Assembly: GCF_006345805.1 (NCBI RefSeq)
Contig: NC_042998.1
Location: forward strand, 140,182,001-140,246,000
Source: Octopus sinensis
Lineage: Eukaryota
Length of the DNA stretch: 64,000 nt
Reading direction: 5' to 3'
Shown here piece after piece: positions 37,671-50,482 of this stretch. Each line of letters opens with the position of its first letter. Position 1 is the stretch's first letter. The notes below the pieces were generated by a model. The model was not told where the DNA came from, made no database searches, and was given only the letters and a program-made list of their open reading frames with translations. Made by a program: the position numbers and the translations under genes.

Positions 37671-37944
37671 ACTAGACACCTACACAGACATCATGTATTT
37701 TAAACAAAGGGTGTTGAAAAATGGTGATGCTCATACCAATTGTCAAAACTAGCTTATAGAATATTTCGAAACACTGTGGTCGCTTAATTCCGCTTACACG
37801 TTTATTGGCCTTCATTTATTTATTTACTAGAAATACAAAATCTGTTATTTTTGTGTGGAGAATAATGGTCAGAGTTGAGATGTTCATGCATTTACTAAGA
37901 GCATTAAAGGCATAGGCGAAGTTTACATACCACTCTCTATCTTT

Positions 37945-38280
37945 TGCTCGTTTCAGTCATTAGACTGCGGTCAAGCTGGGGCATCACCTTCAAGGATTTT
38001 TTAGACGAATGAATCGACCCAAGTACATATTAAAAATAGTCTGGTACTTATTCTGTCTGGCACTTTTGCCGAACCGCTAGGTTGCAGGAACGTAAACACA
38101 CCAACACCGATTGTCAAGCGGTCGTGGAGACAAACACAGACACAAAGGCACACAAACTCACCCCCACACACATATTCCGGGCTTCTTTCAGTTTCCGTCT
38201 ACTAAATCCATTCACAAAACTTTGGTTGGCCTGAGGCTATAGCAAAAGACACTTCCCCAAGGTACCGACTCCTGAATAAT
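37945..38280 (-). mobile_element. SINE type B
   Basis: Reverse complement of the 45458-45849 body (TTTCAGTCATTAGACTGCGG..TTTTGCCGAACCGCTAG..TTTCAGTTTCCGTCTACTAAATCCA). Confidence 0.8.
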
Positions 38281-38344
38281 GACATACATACCATATTGGC
38301 CGGCTTGTATGTACGACCATCTGGTAATGTTACTGGTCGAAATT

Positions 38345-38760
38345 AAGGCGGTGAGCTGGCAGATCCGTTTAATATTTATCGGTATTTCGTCCGTCTTTAC
38401 GTTCTGAGTTCAAATTCCGCCAAGGTCGACTTTGCCTTTCATCCTCTCAGGGTCGATAAAATAAAATACCAGTTGAATTCTGGAGCCGATGTAATCGACT
38501 ATCTCCCTCCCCTGAATTTCAGGCCTTGTGCCTATATTAGAAACGGTTATTATTGTTATTATTGAATTGGTAGAATCGTTAGCACGCTGAACAAAATATT
38601 TAGCGGTATCTCGTCCGTCTTCCCCTTCTGAGTTCAAATTCTGCCGAGGTCGGCTTTGCCTTTCATCCTTTCAGGGGCGACAAAAGTTGCATACACGAGT
38701 CAATGTAATCGACTATTCCTCTCCCACCAAAATTCCAGGCTTTGTGCCTATTGCAGACAT
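38345..38760 (+). mobile_element. Two tandem SINE type A copies
   Basis: AAGGCGGTGAGCTGGCAG..GAGTTCAAATTCCGCC..CTTTGCCTTTCATCC; second copy from about 38565. Confidence 0.8.
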
Positions 38761-39092
38761 ACCATATCATATTGATGGAATAACTTATGCACATATAAAT
38801 CTTTTAACATAATCTTTTATGTACATGATTAACCTATCGGTAGCGAAAGTTTTGTAGTGTGCTTACTTTTGTAGAATCGTAGTTTGAGGGAGTGTGAAAG
38901 AATGTTGGTGAGCGAGGGGTGGGGGGGAGAATAATTTTAAAAATAGATAAACTATTGGGTCAATGTATATTTGCCGACTTTTCCACACCAGAGTGATCTC
39001 GGTCCGTTATTGGCAAACTTGAAGTCAAGTTTCTGGATAAAGGCTTACTGGCAAGGAGAACGATACAAATTTTGGTTAAGTGACGCACTATG

Positions 39093-39261
39093 CAGTAGCG
39101 TAGCTGGTGGAGAGCAGTAGGGGCGGTCTGCTCCGGGAGGGACTTTCAAAGGGGCGGCACTTTTGGGTCTGCTGTAGGCAATATGTGGGTTTTTTTTTTA
39201 GGTCCGGGGGCGTCAAACAGAACGACCACCTCGGGTGGTACACACTCTAGCTACACTATTG
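39093..39261. mobile_element. Short hAT-like MITE
   Basis: TIR CAGTAGCGTAGCT / AGCTACACTATTG. Imperfect 8-bp TSD GCACTATG / GCGCTAGG (6 of 8 identical). Confidence 0.55.
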
Positions 39262-39289
39262 GCGCTAGGGGGTCAGTGCACAACGCCTC

Positions 39290-39560
39290 TAAACAAAGAA
39301 ACCCAACAGTTCGAACGCCGGAAGTTATTCAAGACATTTGCCAAAAGATTACTCGAAGTCCAAAGACGTCAACACGTAAATTGGTGCTGCCGTCTCACAT
39401 GAGCAGGAGGTCATGTCAACGGGTGTTGAAAAGTCTTAAGTTGAAGCCATATCATTTCACTTGTGTACAGCAATTAAAAGTGTATGACAAGAACAAACAA
39501 GTAAATTACTGCGCATGACTTCTGAATAGCAATGCTAACGGTGAGCTACACCCATTCCAG
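39290..39560 (+). pseudogene. Tc1/mariner-superfamily transposase N-terminal fragment
   Basis: TVRTPEVIQDICQKITRSPKTSTRKL..SRRSCQRVLKSLKLKPYHFTCVQQLKVYD..YC. Confidence 0.7.
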
Positions 39561-39884
39561 CAATTGTAAAGTAAATTTATTTCTGTAGTTACGGTATGTT
39601 ACGAAACACGGGCTACTTCTTCGTGTGCCGCTCTGTATGAGATATATCCAACCTTGGTTAGAGCACTAGTCTTGTGCCTGAACCATTCTCTTATGATTTG
39701 GTACTAATTCCCAACGGGTCAAATTGATTGCAGCGCTAAGAACTGTGGCTACTATCTACATGCACAACGTAAAAGCCTCCTGAGATCTCGGACTTACTGT
39801 CAATGGGCCGATAGTCTAATGTCATATCCACTTGGCCACTTCGCTTCTAAATAGTAGAGGCATTAAGAGAGATAAATATAAAGT

Positions 39885-40253
39885 AAACAAGAGCACTCAG
39901 AGAGCACAAACCTCCGCCAAGGCAACATCAAAGTCCTCTCAACGATTAGCCAGAGACGATTTTTAAAATGAGAATATCTGAAATAAGACTGCTCTCACAA
40001 ACCAGAATACTGGAAATGAACCTGACTGCTCTCAAAAATTAGGTAAAAAACCGGAAAAATAATCTAGAATCCTTTTCTGATACCATATCGATCCCAAAAT
40101 CTAACCAGTTCGTGCCAGACATTAGGCCAAACATCCCTGAAAGTTTCATCCGAATCCATCCAGCGGTTCTTGAGATATCTTGTCAACGGACTAACGAACA
40201 AACAAACGCGACTGAAAACAATACCTCCGCCTTCGCTAAAGTGGAGGTAATAA
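39885..40253 (-). mobile_element. Helentron-type non-autonomous element (HINE/DINE-like)
   Basis: Terminal hairpin ACCTCCGCCTT-CGCT-AAAGTGGAGGT (40222-40248) and a subterminal ACCTCCGCC copy (39910-39918). TGTTTGTT-type repeat next to the hairpin. Confidence 0.65.
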
Positions 40254-41361
40254 CAATTTCACCTATTTCTTTGTCACTTAATTGTAGGGGAAGGGGATAC
40301 ATATATACATAGATACGTACATGCTGATAGTCATGTGTGTGTATCTACATCTATATTTGTGTATATATATATATGTGTGTATGTATGTGTGTGTATATAT
40401 ATATATTTAAATATATATAAAATAATAATAATACAACGTAAATAATGATTTCACCTATTTCTTTGTCACCTAATTGTAGGGGAAGGGCATACATAAATAC
40501 ATAGACACACACATGCTTATAGTTATATGTGTGTGTGTGTTTGTGTGCGTGTGTATACCTACATGTATATATGTATTTATGTATGTGTGTGTGTATATAT
40601 GTATATATATATATATAAATATATGTATACTTATATATGTGTGTGTGTTTATGTATATATATATATATGTGTATGTGTGTGTATATATATATGTGTGTGT
40701 GTATGTGAGTGAGTGTAGGTATGTGTGTAATCGATTGATCGACCCCTGTTACTTTATCTATAAGGCTTCTGAGGAGCATGAAAGGCAACGGCGACGACAG
40801 CTCCAACTAGCGGGCGTAATTTTAATTCAGAAGATACACATAGATTTTAGTCTGATGCTCTACCTTCCTTACCATTCCTTTTCCCCTTCAAATATTTTAC
40901 AGGCGTAGAGTGGAGCGTAGAGGATGTATAAATAATAACAATAATAAAAGACATTAAAAATAAAGGGATTTGCATCTATCTAATTTTGAAGTGATTTTTT
41001 GCGATAAGAGGAATTTTGGGGTATGTGTTACTGTGTTTTTGCTGCACATGAAAGCGTTAAAGCACATACAACAAAGCACGATAAATGAAAATATATTTTC
41101 AAGATAAATTTTTAATGTTTCTAGCTTTCAATGTAATGGTTTAGGCACCATCGTCTTTGCTGCTACGACTCCAAAGTACGTCTGATCTGAGAGTGACGAA
41201 AAGATTGGCAGCCGAGAGAACAAGAGAAAAGAGAAACAAATACCACAAAAAGACAAAAAAAAGAAACAAAAGAAAATAAAGAAGAGTGAGAAGTGATCAA
41301 GGAAAGAAGAAAGGCAAAAAAGCGTTTCGTTTCTCAGTTCCTCAGTTTTTAACTCCCCTGT

Positions 41362-41544
41362 CTAACTTCCTCCTCTCTCACTAACTTCTCCTCCTCCTCT
41401 CTCACTAACTTCTCCTCCTCTCTCACTAACTTCTCCTCCTCTCTCACTAACTTCTCCTCCTCTCTCACTAACTTCTCCTCCTCTCTCACTAACTTCTCCT
41501 CCTCTCTCACTAACTTCTCCTCCTCTCTCACTAACTTCTCCTCC
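41362..41544. repeat. 21-bp minisatellite (CTCTCTCACTAACTTCTCCTC)n, about 8-9 units
   Basis: Directly visible; translates as repeated REEEKLV on the minus strand. Confidence 0.9.
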
Positions 41545-41739
41545 GCTCAGATTATTCGTAATCTATAAGTTGTTTTGTATATATATAAATATATATATGT
41601 ATATGTATATATTTGAGACATACACACACGCGCGCGCACACACGGAAACATGTAATATACACAAATCCACACATATATAAGCACAGAGATATAACACACA
41701 CATACACATATGTACACACATACGTACATACGTACATAA

Positions 41740-42208
41740 TACGAGCATACATACATACATACATACATATAAACATACATACATCCAAACGTACATATAA
41801 ACATACATACTTTCAAACATACACATATTCATACAAATGTACAGACGTACATACGCACATACATATAAACATACACACATACATACAAACGTACATATAA
41901 CGATACATACGTACATACATGTATATACATACGTACATACGTACATACATACATGCATACATACATGCATACATACATACATGCATACATACATGCATAC
42001 ATACATACATACATACATACATACATACATACATACATACATACATACATACATACATGCATACATACATACATACATACATGCACACATACATACATAC
42101 ATATACACATACATACATACATACATACATATACACATACATACATACATACATGCATACGTACATACATGCATACATACATGCACACATCATACATACA
42201 TACATACA

Positions 42209-42240
<32 letters not shown>

Positions 42241-42465
42241 CACATACATACATACATACGTACATACATACATACGTACATACATACATACATACATACA
42301 TACATACATACATACATACATACATACATACATGCATGCATGCATACATACATACATACATACGTACGTACGTACGTACGTACATACATACATACATACA
42401 TACATACATACATACATACATACATACATACATACATACATACATACATACATACATACATACAC
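41740..42465. repeat. Long compound (TACA)n microsatellite
   Basis: Directly visible; source of many spurious ORFs. Confidence 0.95.
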
Positions 42466-42752
42466 AATGTATAAATGACAAGGGACACTGAAGCGGGGAT
42501 GTTAGGAGGAAAAACAGAAATAAACAAACAAATAAAAAATATTTCAAATCATAAATATAAATAAATGAATACATTGGAAATAGCAAATAAGAATAAAACA
42601 AATATATTTTTAATTAAAATTTATTAACAGACTTTGAAAATTAAACGCAGCACAGTAAAAAGAAGTCGTAAAAAAAAACGTAGAAAAAAGCAAGAGTGAA
42701 CGAATATTAAGAATGAAACAGTAGGAGATTAGAAGAAATAATACACGCACAC

Positions 42753-42793
<41 letters not shown>

Positions 42794-43034
42794 TAGCTTA
42801 ATACATACATACATACATACATATACACACACATATATATATACATACATACATACATACATACATACATACATACATACATACATACACACACACGCAC
42901 ACACACATAATTAATTAAGACTGAGCATGCGTATGAATGTATTTTAGAGTGTGCGCCAATGTGTATATCCGTGTATTACACACACACGCACGCACACACA
43001 GATATTTACATATGTAAGCATGTGTTTGAGTGCG

Positions 43035-43068
<34 letters not shown>

Positions 43069-43527
43069 CATATTGATTAAATGTATATTATATATATGTA
43101 TATATACATATTACATATTTATATTATGTTTGTGTGTGACTCCTGTATTTTATTAAATGCATTCGCACACACATATATACACACACACTCACACAAATAC
43201 GCACACACGCGAAAACACACGTATACACACACACAAATACGCACGCATGCGATAACACACAGTCACACACACACACACACAATCTTTGAATATCTATAGC
43301 AATTTAATTTCTTTTCTTGGCGGTGTTTAATCGTATGTATAAGATCACTAATCTCCTCCGTTAGTTTAAACATGATTAATGGCGTTTTCATTAAGTGGGA
43401 CCAGTGGATTTGCTCTTGAGAAGAATGTAAAATGAAACATCATAAAACCTAACTAGAATTTATTCTACCAACTTATTTATTTATTTATTATTTGTTGTTA
43501 TTATTGTATGTTTGTTTTTGTTGTTAT

Positions 43528-43744
43528 TAAGGCGGCGAGATGGCAGAATCGTTAGCACGTTGAACGAAATGCTTAGCGGTATCTCGTCTGATTTCATGTT
43601 TTGAGTTCAATTTCCCCCGAAGTCGACATTGCCTTTCATCCTTTCGGGGTCGATAAATTAAGTAGCAGTCAAGTGCTGGGGTCGATGTGATAGACTTACC
43701 TCCTCCTCGCAAATTTCAGGTCTTGTACCTATAGTAGAAAGGAT
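43528..43744 (+). mobile_element. SINE type A whose tail is interrupted by the MITE at 43745
   Basis: TAAGGCGGCGAGATGGCAGAATCGTTAGC..CCTATAGTAGAAAGGAT, with the (ATT)n tail resuming after 44180. Confidence 0.85.
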
Positions 43745-44172
43745 GGATCTTTTCGGTTTGAACGGCAGCTTTTTCTAGCGGTGTCATATGAAATTGTCAC
43801 CCATAATTATGACCCTAGTCTCGATCTATTGCATTTCAATCTATTTTAGGGTTAGGGTTAGAGTTAGGGTTTGGGGTGGGGGGAAGGGTATCTTTTTTCT
43901 TCAGAAATGTAAATAAACCCAATCTGTTTCTTAAACGAGGGACATATTCATACGGCACAGAATGCTTTTTACCTCAATAGACGTCAGTGATTGGTTGAAA
44001 TTGCAGAAATTGAAGAAAAAAAACAACAAATATCTTACAAACTATAGAATTTTCTCAATAAAGCCAAGAGAAAAAGATGTTTTATAAACACATTCTACCA
44101 GTATACGAAGTTTAAAAGTGTTTAGTTACGTGGAATTATTTTTAAAAACTGCCGTTCAAACCGAAAAGATCC
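43745..44172. mobile_element. Second Merlin-like MITE with (TTAGGG)n (short TIRs, asymmetric)
   Basis: TIR GGATCTTTTCGGTTTGAACGGCAG / CTGCCGTTCAAACCGAAAAGATCC. Perfect 8-bp TSD GAAAGGAT (43737-43744, 44173-44180). TTAGGG units at 43846-43869. The right arm resembles the 1016/62827 family. Confidence 0.85.
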
Positions 44173-44178
44173 GAAAGG

Positions 44179-44215
<37 letters not shown>

Positions 44216-44216
<1 letters not shown>

Positions 44217-44420
44217 TAGCCGACCCTGTGCCGTAAAAATGACGGCTAATTGTAGTATTTTATATATAAATAAGGTATAAAATAAGATACATAACAATCA
44301 CAGATACAAACATTCACATACTTCCCTTGTACACGCACACACATGCACACATATACTCAAAGTTGAAACACTGTTTGATTTTTCTTTTCAGCGTTAAACG
44401 TTCACCATCCAATTTCTATT

Positions 44421-44458
<38 letters not shown>

Positions 44459-44682
44459 TCACATACCTCCTTTTTACATACCCACACATATACTCACTGA
44501 TTCTCTTTCACCCCTTCCTTATTCATATATCACCCCTTCCTTTCTCCACTGCTATTACTTTCTCTCACTCTCTCTCTCAGCCAGGGCTATTACTCTCACT
44601 ACTGCTTCACTGAATTACTATTTTCTCTCCTCTCCCTTCACCTATACTACTCTTTTTCCTACTCCTACTCTGATTTTGGATA

Positions 44683-44720
<38 letters not shown>
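44216..44720 (-). mobile_element. Non-autonomous Helitron-like element, 3' end (5' boundary uncertain)
   Basis: Minus strand: GCCGTCATTTTTACGGC hairpin (44230-44246), then CTAG (44216-44219) followed by T. Confidence 0.6.
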
Positions 44721-44769
<49 letters not shown>

Positions 44770-44968
44770 TATATATATAAGTAGTTGAATGAATTATCTT
44801 AGTATGGATAATTCGGTTAACCGATACCTGGGTAGCAAATTCACGTCAGAAAAAACACGGTTGAAGCTACATGCCAAGGGCAGAGATCACGTGCTTTCGT
44901 GTGTAAATGTGTGTGTTTTTTTTAATACAAATAAATGAAAGAATGGAGTTGAACGACGATTTAACAAA

Positions 44969-45069
44969 ATTCCTTTATTCTCGACATATGTTTCGAAGGC
45001 TGCATATTCATAATTTCGAAGGAATAAGTGGTGCATTACGCCGCCTTCTCATCAGGAAAAACAAGGAAC
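44969..45069 (-). ncRNA. Mirror-image hammerhead ribozyme (identical sequence) on the minus strand
   Basis: Exact reverse complement of 45191-45291; predicted cleavage after position 44983. Confidence 0.85.
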
Positions 45070-45190
45070 TTATGTCAGCATCAAAATGAACAAAAACTCT
45101 TAGATGGCTGCCCACACGGAGTCCATAGCGATAATGGACTCCGTGTGGGCAGCCATCTAAGAGTTTTTGTTCATCTTGATGCTGACATAA

Positions 45191-45291
45191 GTTCCTTGTT
45201 TTTCCTGATGAGAAGGCGGCGTAATGCACCACTTATTCCTTCGAAATTATGAATATGCAGCCTTCGAAACATATGTCGAGAATAAAGGAAT
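45191..45291 (+). ncRNA. Type I hammerhead ribozyme, canonical core, GUC cleavage site after 45277
   Basis: CTGATGA (45205-45211). Stem II GAAGGC/GCCTTC extendable to about 11 bp. GAAA (45266-45269). Palindromic stem III ACATATGT, then C17. Stem I 45191-45204 pairs with 45278-45291 (12 of 14 pairs including G-U). Confidence 0.85.
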
Positions 45292-45332
45292 TTTGTTAAA
45301 TCGTCGTTCAACTCCATTCTTTCATTTATATA

Positions 45333-45442
<110 letters not shown>

Positions 45443-45457
45443 CATATACATATGCAT

Positions 45458-45849
45458 AGGCGCAGGAGTGGCTGTGTGGTAAGTAGCTTGTTTACCAACC
45501 ACATGGTTCCGGGTTCAGTCCCACTGCGTGGCACCTTGGGCAGGTGTCTTCTACTATAGCCTCGGGCCGACCAAAGCCTTGTGAGTGGATTTGGCAGACG
45601 GAAACTGAAAGAAGCCCGTCGTATATATGTATATATATGCGTGTGTGTGTTTGTGTGTCTGTCTTTGTCCCCCTAGCATTGCTTGACAACCGATGCTGGT
45701 GTGTTTATGTCCCCGTTACTTAACGGTTCGACAAAAGAGACCGATAGAATAAGTAATGGGCTTACAAAAGAATAAGTCCCGGGGTCGTGTTGTTCGATTA
45801 AAGGCAGTGCTCCAGCATGGCCGCAGTCAAATGACTGAAACAAGTAAAA
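45458..45849 (+). mobile_element. SINE type B, full length
   Basis: tRNA-like head TGGCTGTGTGGTAAG (A box) and GGGTTCAGTCCC (B box), internal (TA/TG)n, 3' end CCAGCATGGCCGCAGTCAAATGACTGAAACAAGTAAAA. Confidence 0.9.
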
Positions 45850-45858
45850 TATATACAT

Positions 45859-45891
<33 letters not shown>

Positions 45892-45957
45892 CGTACATAC
45901 ATACAATACATACAAATATATAAAAACACTACGCTCATTATTATATTAGGAGAGCAT

Positions 45958-46530
45958 TGAAGGCGGTGAGCTGGAAGAATCGTTAGCACGCTAGGCAAAA
46001 TGCTTAACGGCATTTCCACCGTCTTCATGTTCTGAGTTCAAATTCTGCCAAGATAGACTTTACATTTCGTCCCTTTCGGGGTCGATAAAATAAGTACCAG
46101 TTGAGTGGAGTCGATGTAATCGAATTTGTTGACCTTGTGCCGAAATTTAAAACCATTATTGTTGTTGTTGTTGTTGTTGTTGTCGTTGTCGTTGTCGTCG
46201 TCGTCGTCGTCATCGTCGTCGTCGTCGTCATCGTCGTCGTCGTCGTCATCGTCGTCGTCGTCGTTGTTATTGTTATTGTTGTTGTTGTTGTTATTATTAT
46301 AGATATTATTGCTATTAGACGGCTAGTTGGCAGACTCGTTAGCACGCCGGGCAAAATGCATAGTGGTATTTCGTTTGAGTTCAAATTCCGCCTGGGTTGA
46401 CTTTGCCTTTCATCCTTTCGGGGTCGATAAATTAAGTACCAGTGAAACACTGGAGTTGATGTAATTGACTGGTCCCCTCCCGCAAAATTTCAGGCCTTGA
46501 GCCTTTAGTAGAAAGGATTATTATTATTGC
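45958..46530 (+). mobile_element. Two SINE type A copies separated by a (GTT/GTC)n array
   Basis: Heads at about 45958 and 46310; shared CATCCTTTCGGGGTCGATAAA core. Confidence 0.8.
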
Positions 46531-46777
46531 TACATTTCAGAGATTTTTTAAAATTATTTCTTTTTTAGCTATTGTTTGGAGCATATATGATATATAAAGT
46601 GTATACAAAGGGTATGTAGTCAGTCGAAGAAATGAATGTATACACCCAGATGTATGTAGGTATTTTCAGAAATTAGAAAAATCTCAAACGCAGGTGAATT
46701 GCTGTGAAGACAGCTTTAGAAAATCGGGTATAAATCCCCCTGTATGTGTGTGTGTGTGTGTGTAAAGTATATAAATG

Positions 46778-46895
<118 letters not shown>

Positions 46896-46946
46896 CGTAT
46901 ATATACATAGAGCTACATATATAAACATACCCACATAGGTACCTAC

Positions 46947-46977
<31 letters not shown>

Positions 46978-47131
46978 CATACATACATACATACATACAT
47001 ACATACACACATACACACACACACACACACATACATACATACATACATACATACATACATACATACATACATACATACATCATACATACATACATACATA
47101 CATACATACATACATACATACATGTTGCATT

Positions 47132-47800
47132 GTGTCACTCATACAACACTTGCTGAACAGCAAAGAAAGAAACGAATACATTACATGCATACTCAAAAGT
47201 AAGAGCAACAACATCTTCAGAGTAGAGGAAGAACCACCGAGCAGGTTCTCTAAGAATACGACTGCCTCACATGACCCAAAGGAGGCTGAACTGGCCTATC
47301 TAAACAAAAGCTTGGAGGAGAAGCATGTATCACACCAACAAAAGCAATGTATGGGTACATATCCTGTAAGCTAGAGGACAACAACAACATTAACAGAAAA
47401 AGTAGCCTCTCCTGGATCTATGATGAGTACATTACATCTTATCTAGAAGGATAGGCTTTCGATCTCCGGGAACAGGAGATAGCTATTAAATACCAGATAA
47501 ACATGAAAGACAACGATACCACCAAACCTTCACGTTGTGATAGAAAATATCGACTATGCTATACCAGCGTGGAAGATATCACACACGTCATCAGAAGCTG
47601 CCCCAAAATGTCTATGAGATACTACCTGCCCTGAGCTATGATATAGTCGCAAAGACTATTGACAATGCTATCCACAGGAAGGATTGTCCTGACGTATACA
47701 TCAAAGGCATGTCAGAACCAGCATGTATTCACACCTTTAAAAACAGAGAGTACTGATGGAACACTCCAATAAAAACAGAAATTCGGTGGAAACATAACAA
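47132..47800 (+). pseudogene. R4/Dong-type C-terminal fragment (knuckle and RLE), distinct subfamily
   Basis: ITSYLEG*AFDLREQEIAIKY; CDRKYRLCYTSVEDITHVIRSCPKMSMRYYL; EY*WNTPIKTEIRWKHNKP. Confidence 0.7.
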
Positions 47801-48729
47801 ACCGGGTATTTTGGGCGGAATAGGTGCATTAGGCTAGGCACCTACTAATTTACACACACAAAATCCCCTAAAATATCAGGTTTTTCGAACAAAGAGCTAA
47901 AGAATCTGACACCTATTCTCTAAATCCGATCTGTTAGTGGCACAATGAAGATTCGTAAAACATTCCAAAGATTCTCCATCTGAGTTTCTTTAGATGAAGA
48001 GATGCACACGCTTGATATATGCATTGACGCCTCAACTAACACACCAAGTCAATCACATATTTACAACCTCCCAGAAACTCTCTTAACTTTAAAAGTCTTT
48101 TTTAGCGACCGGTTTCAACTCTCTTAAGAACCTACAAACAACCTAAAGATAAACATTGAACCTATGTATTTGTATACAAACAATATACCGAATGTATCGT
48201 TTATTTTCATATCAGAGGTGACCGTTGATATTGGCTGGGCTTTGTGAACTTGGATGCTTGTGTGTACATGTATACGGGTGAGAAAAGAGGAGAAAGATAT
48301 ATATATATATATATACACAGTAGCACTATGACCCGGCAACGACAGGTCATAGTGCTAGTGCATGCATATACAGCTGCGTGCATGCGCACATACACGCGAG
48401 TACTGTCCAAATCTCCGACCAATTACATACAGCTTGCTGGCATTCAATTGGCGTATCAAGTTTCGGGGATTTTAATTGGGTTTTGGATAGAAAATTCACA
48501 AAAAAGTCATTTCTATTGATTTTTTAATGGCTTTGCGGGGTGACTGGGGAAATGTAAAGATGTGCACAACCACCCTTAGACGGTTTGAATGACCATAGAA
48601 AGTGCGAGCCCTCTAACTGAAAAATTGTGGATTTGTATAAAGGACACACACACACACACATTTTGCCGTTTATATACAGAGAGAGAGAGAGGGAGGGGAG
48701 GGGAGAGAGAGAAAGGGGAAAGCAGATGT

Positions 48730-49500
48730 GTTTCTTTTACCATTTATTGCTTCAGTCATTGGACTGCAGCCATGCTGGGGTACTGCATTCAAGGGTTTAG
48801 TCCACTGGTTCTCAACCAGTGTCCATATGACCCCTGAAGGTCTATAAAAGATTTCTGGGAGTCCACACAACAATATAGTAAATTGGAGATCCACAATAGT
48901 ATTTTGAGGGCCCTTGAAAAATTTTGCTTTAGATGTATAAATTGGTATATATTGCAAGAAACAGTTAGGTTTCTTTCCCTAACATTTTACGTAGTTCAAC
49001 CTACATAAGTTAATGTGTGGAAAGCAAAATAGGAATTTTGAAAGAAGTATCTATAAAACTAATATTTAAACATCGAATGGTTATGGGAGTCCACCAGAAT
49101 AAAATAGTAATCAAAGGGGTCCATAGATAAAAGATGGTTGAGTACCCCTGGTGTAGTTGAACAAGTGGACTCCGGTACTTATTTTAAAGACTGGTTACTC
49201 CCTACTTATTCTGTCAATATCTTTTGCCGAACCGCTAAATTTTGGAAGAGCGTATACAATCCAACACTTGCTGTCAAGTGGTGGGATGGTGGGGGCAAAC
49301 ACACATAGACACACAAACACACACGCGCACACACACACAAACACACACATACACACACACACAAACACACACACACATACAGAGTATACGACAGGATTCT
49401 ACAGAGTTACCGTCTATCCACAAGGTGTTGACCATCCCAAGGTTATATTAAAAGACACCTCCTCAAGGTGTCTTGCTATAGGACCAAACTTGAAACCACA
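48730..49500 (-). mobile_element. SINE type B interrupted by the hAT MITE
   Basis: SINE 3' end at about 48735-48802, continuing after 49158. Confidence 0.7.
48803..49150. mobile_element. hAT (Charlie-like) MITE
   Basis: TIR CACTGGTTCTCAACC / GGTTGAGTACCCCTG. Imperfect 8-bp TSD GTTTAGTC / GTGTAGTT. Confidence 0.7.
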
Positions 49501-49997
49501 TTGTTGTAAATCGAGATTCTTAACACATATTGCTATATCTTCCCCCTTATACGGAAGAAAGAGAACAAATGCTTATGTCAATGAAAACTACCAACTGAGT
49601 AAAATGAAAACAACAACAACAACAACAAGAAAAACGAAACATAATGTCCACCTTAGGCAGTTAACAACTGACCTGAAGAAGAGGTAATTTAAAATCTACA
49701 AGCCTTTTGTTTCGTTTTTGTTTTTGCACCATTTGCTTTAGTTCGTTTGACAACAATTGCCAAAAACAGAAGAAAGAAATAAAAAAAAATAGAAGAAAGA
49801 AAGATTGGTTAGACAATTTTGTCGTCTGGCACCTTTATATAAACATCGTGTGATATCTGTTTATACATTATTGGCCAAAATTGGTGAAAGCCAACTTAAA
49901 CACCGATAATAAATCGAAGAATAAATAACGGCATCGAATTTTGCTTCATTGACGTTAAACTCACACACGCACATACACACACACATACACACACACG

Positions 49998-50039
<42 letters not shown>

Positions 50040-50270
50040 GGTGGACGCACGCATGGAAGCTTGCTAATGCTTATCCGTCGAAATGGTCAGCTTACGCTGA
50101 CTATTTCTTTTTTACTTTGTCGACTTTTGATACCGCACGACCCAATCCTTCATGTACAGTTTCACTCGTAGATGTGCCAAATAAACATTGGGGGAGGGGG
50201 GGGCGCGTATGAGCGTATGTAACTCGGAGTACAAGCTTTTATTCATGTCACTCATGGTAATACTGACGAG

Positions 50271-50482
50271 GTGGCAGAAACGTTAGCACGCCGAGCTAAA
50301 AGTGTAGCCGTATTTCGTCTGCCGTTACGTTCTGAGTTCAAATTCCGCCGAGGTCGACTTTGCCTTTCATCCTTTCGGGGTCGATTAAATAAGTACCAGT
50401 TACGCACTGGGGTCGATATAATCGACTTAATCCGTTTGTTTGTCCTCTCTGTGTTTAGCCCCTTGTGGGTAGTAAAGAAATA
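50271..50482 (+). mobile_element. SINE type A (GTAGTAAAGAAATA-tail subfamily)
   Basis: 15-bp TSD GGTAATACTGACGAG at 50256-50270 and 50483-50497. Confidence 0.9.

Larger units (their letters stand above)
44931..45329. repeat. 399-bp near-perfect palindrome
   Basis: Arms 44931-45126 and 45134-45329 (196 bp each), one mismatch (45085/45175), 7-nt spacer AGCGATA. Confidence 0.95.

Noticed and set aside
45008-45252. Two near-identical 74-aa ORFs on opposite strands
   Set aside because: A by-product of the palindrome; no recognisable protein motif.
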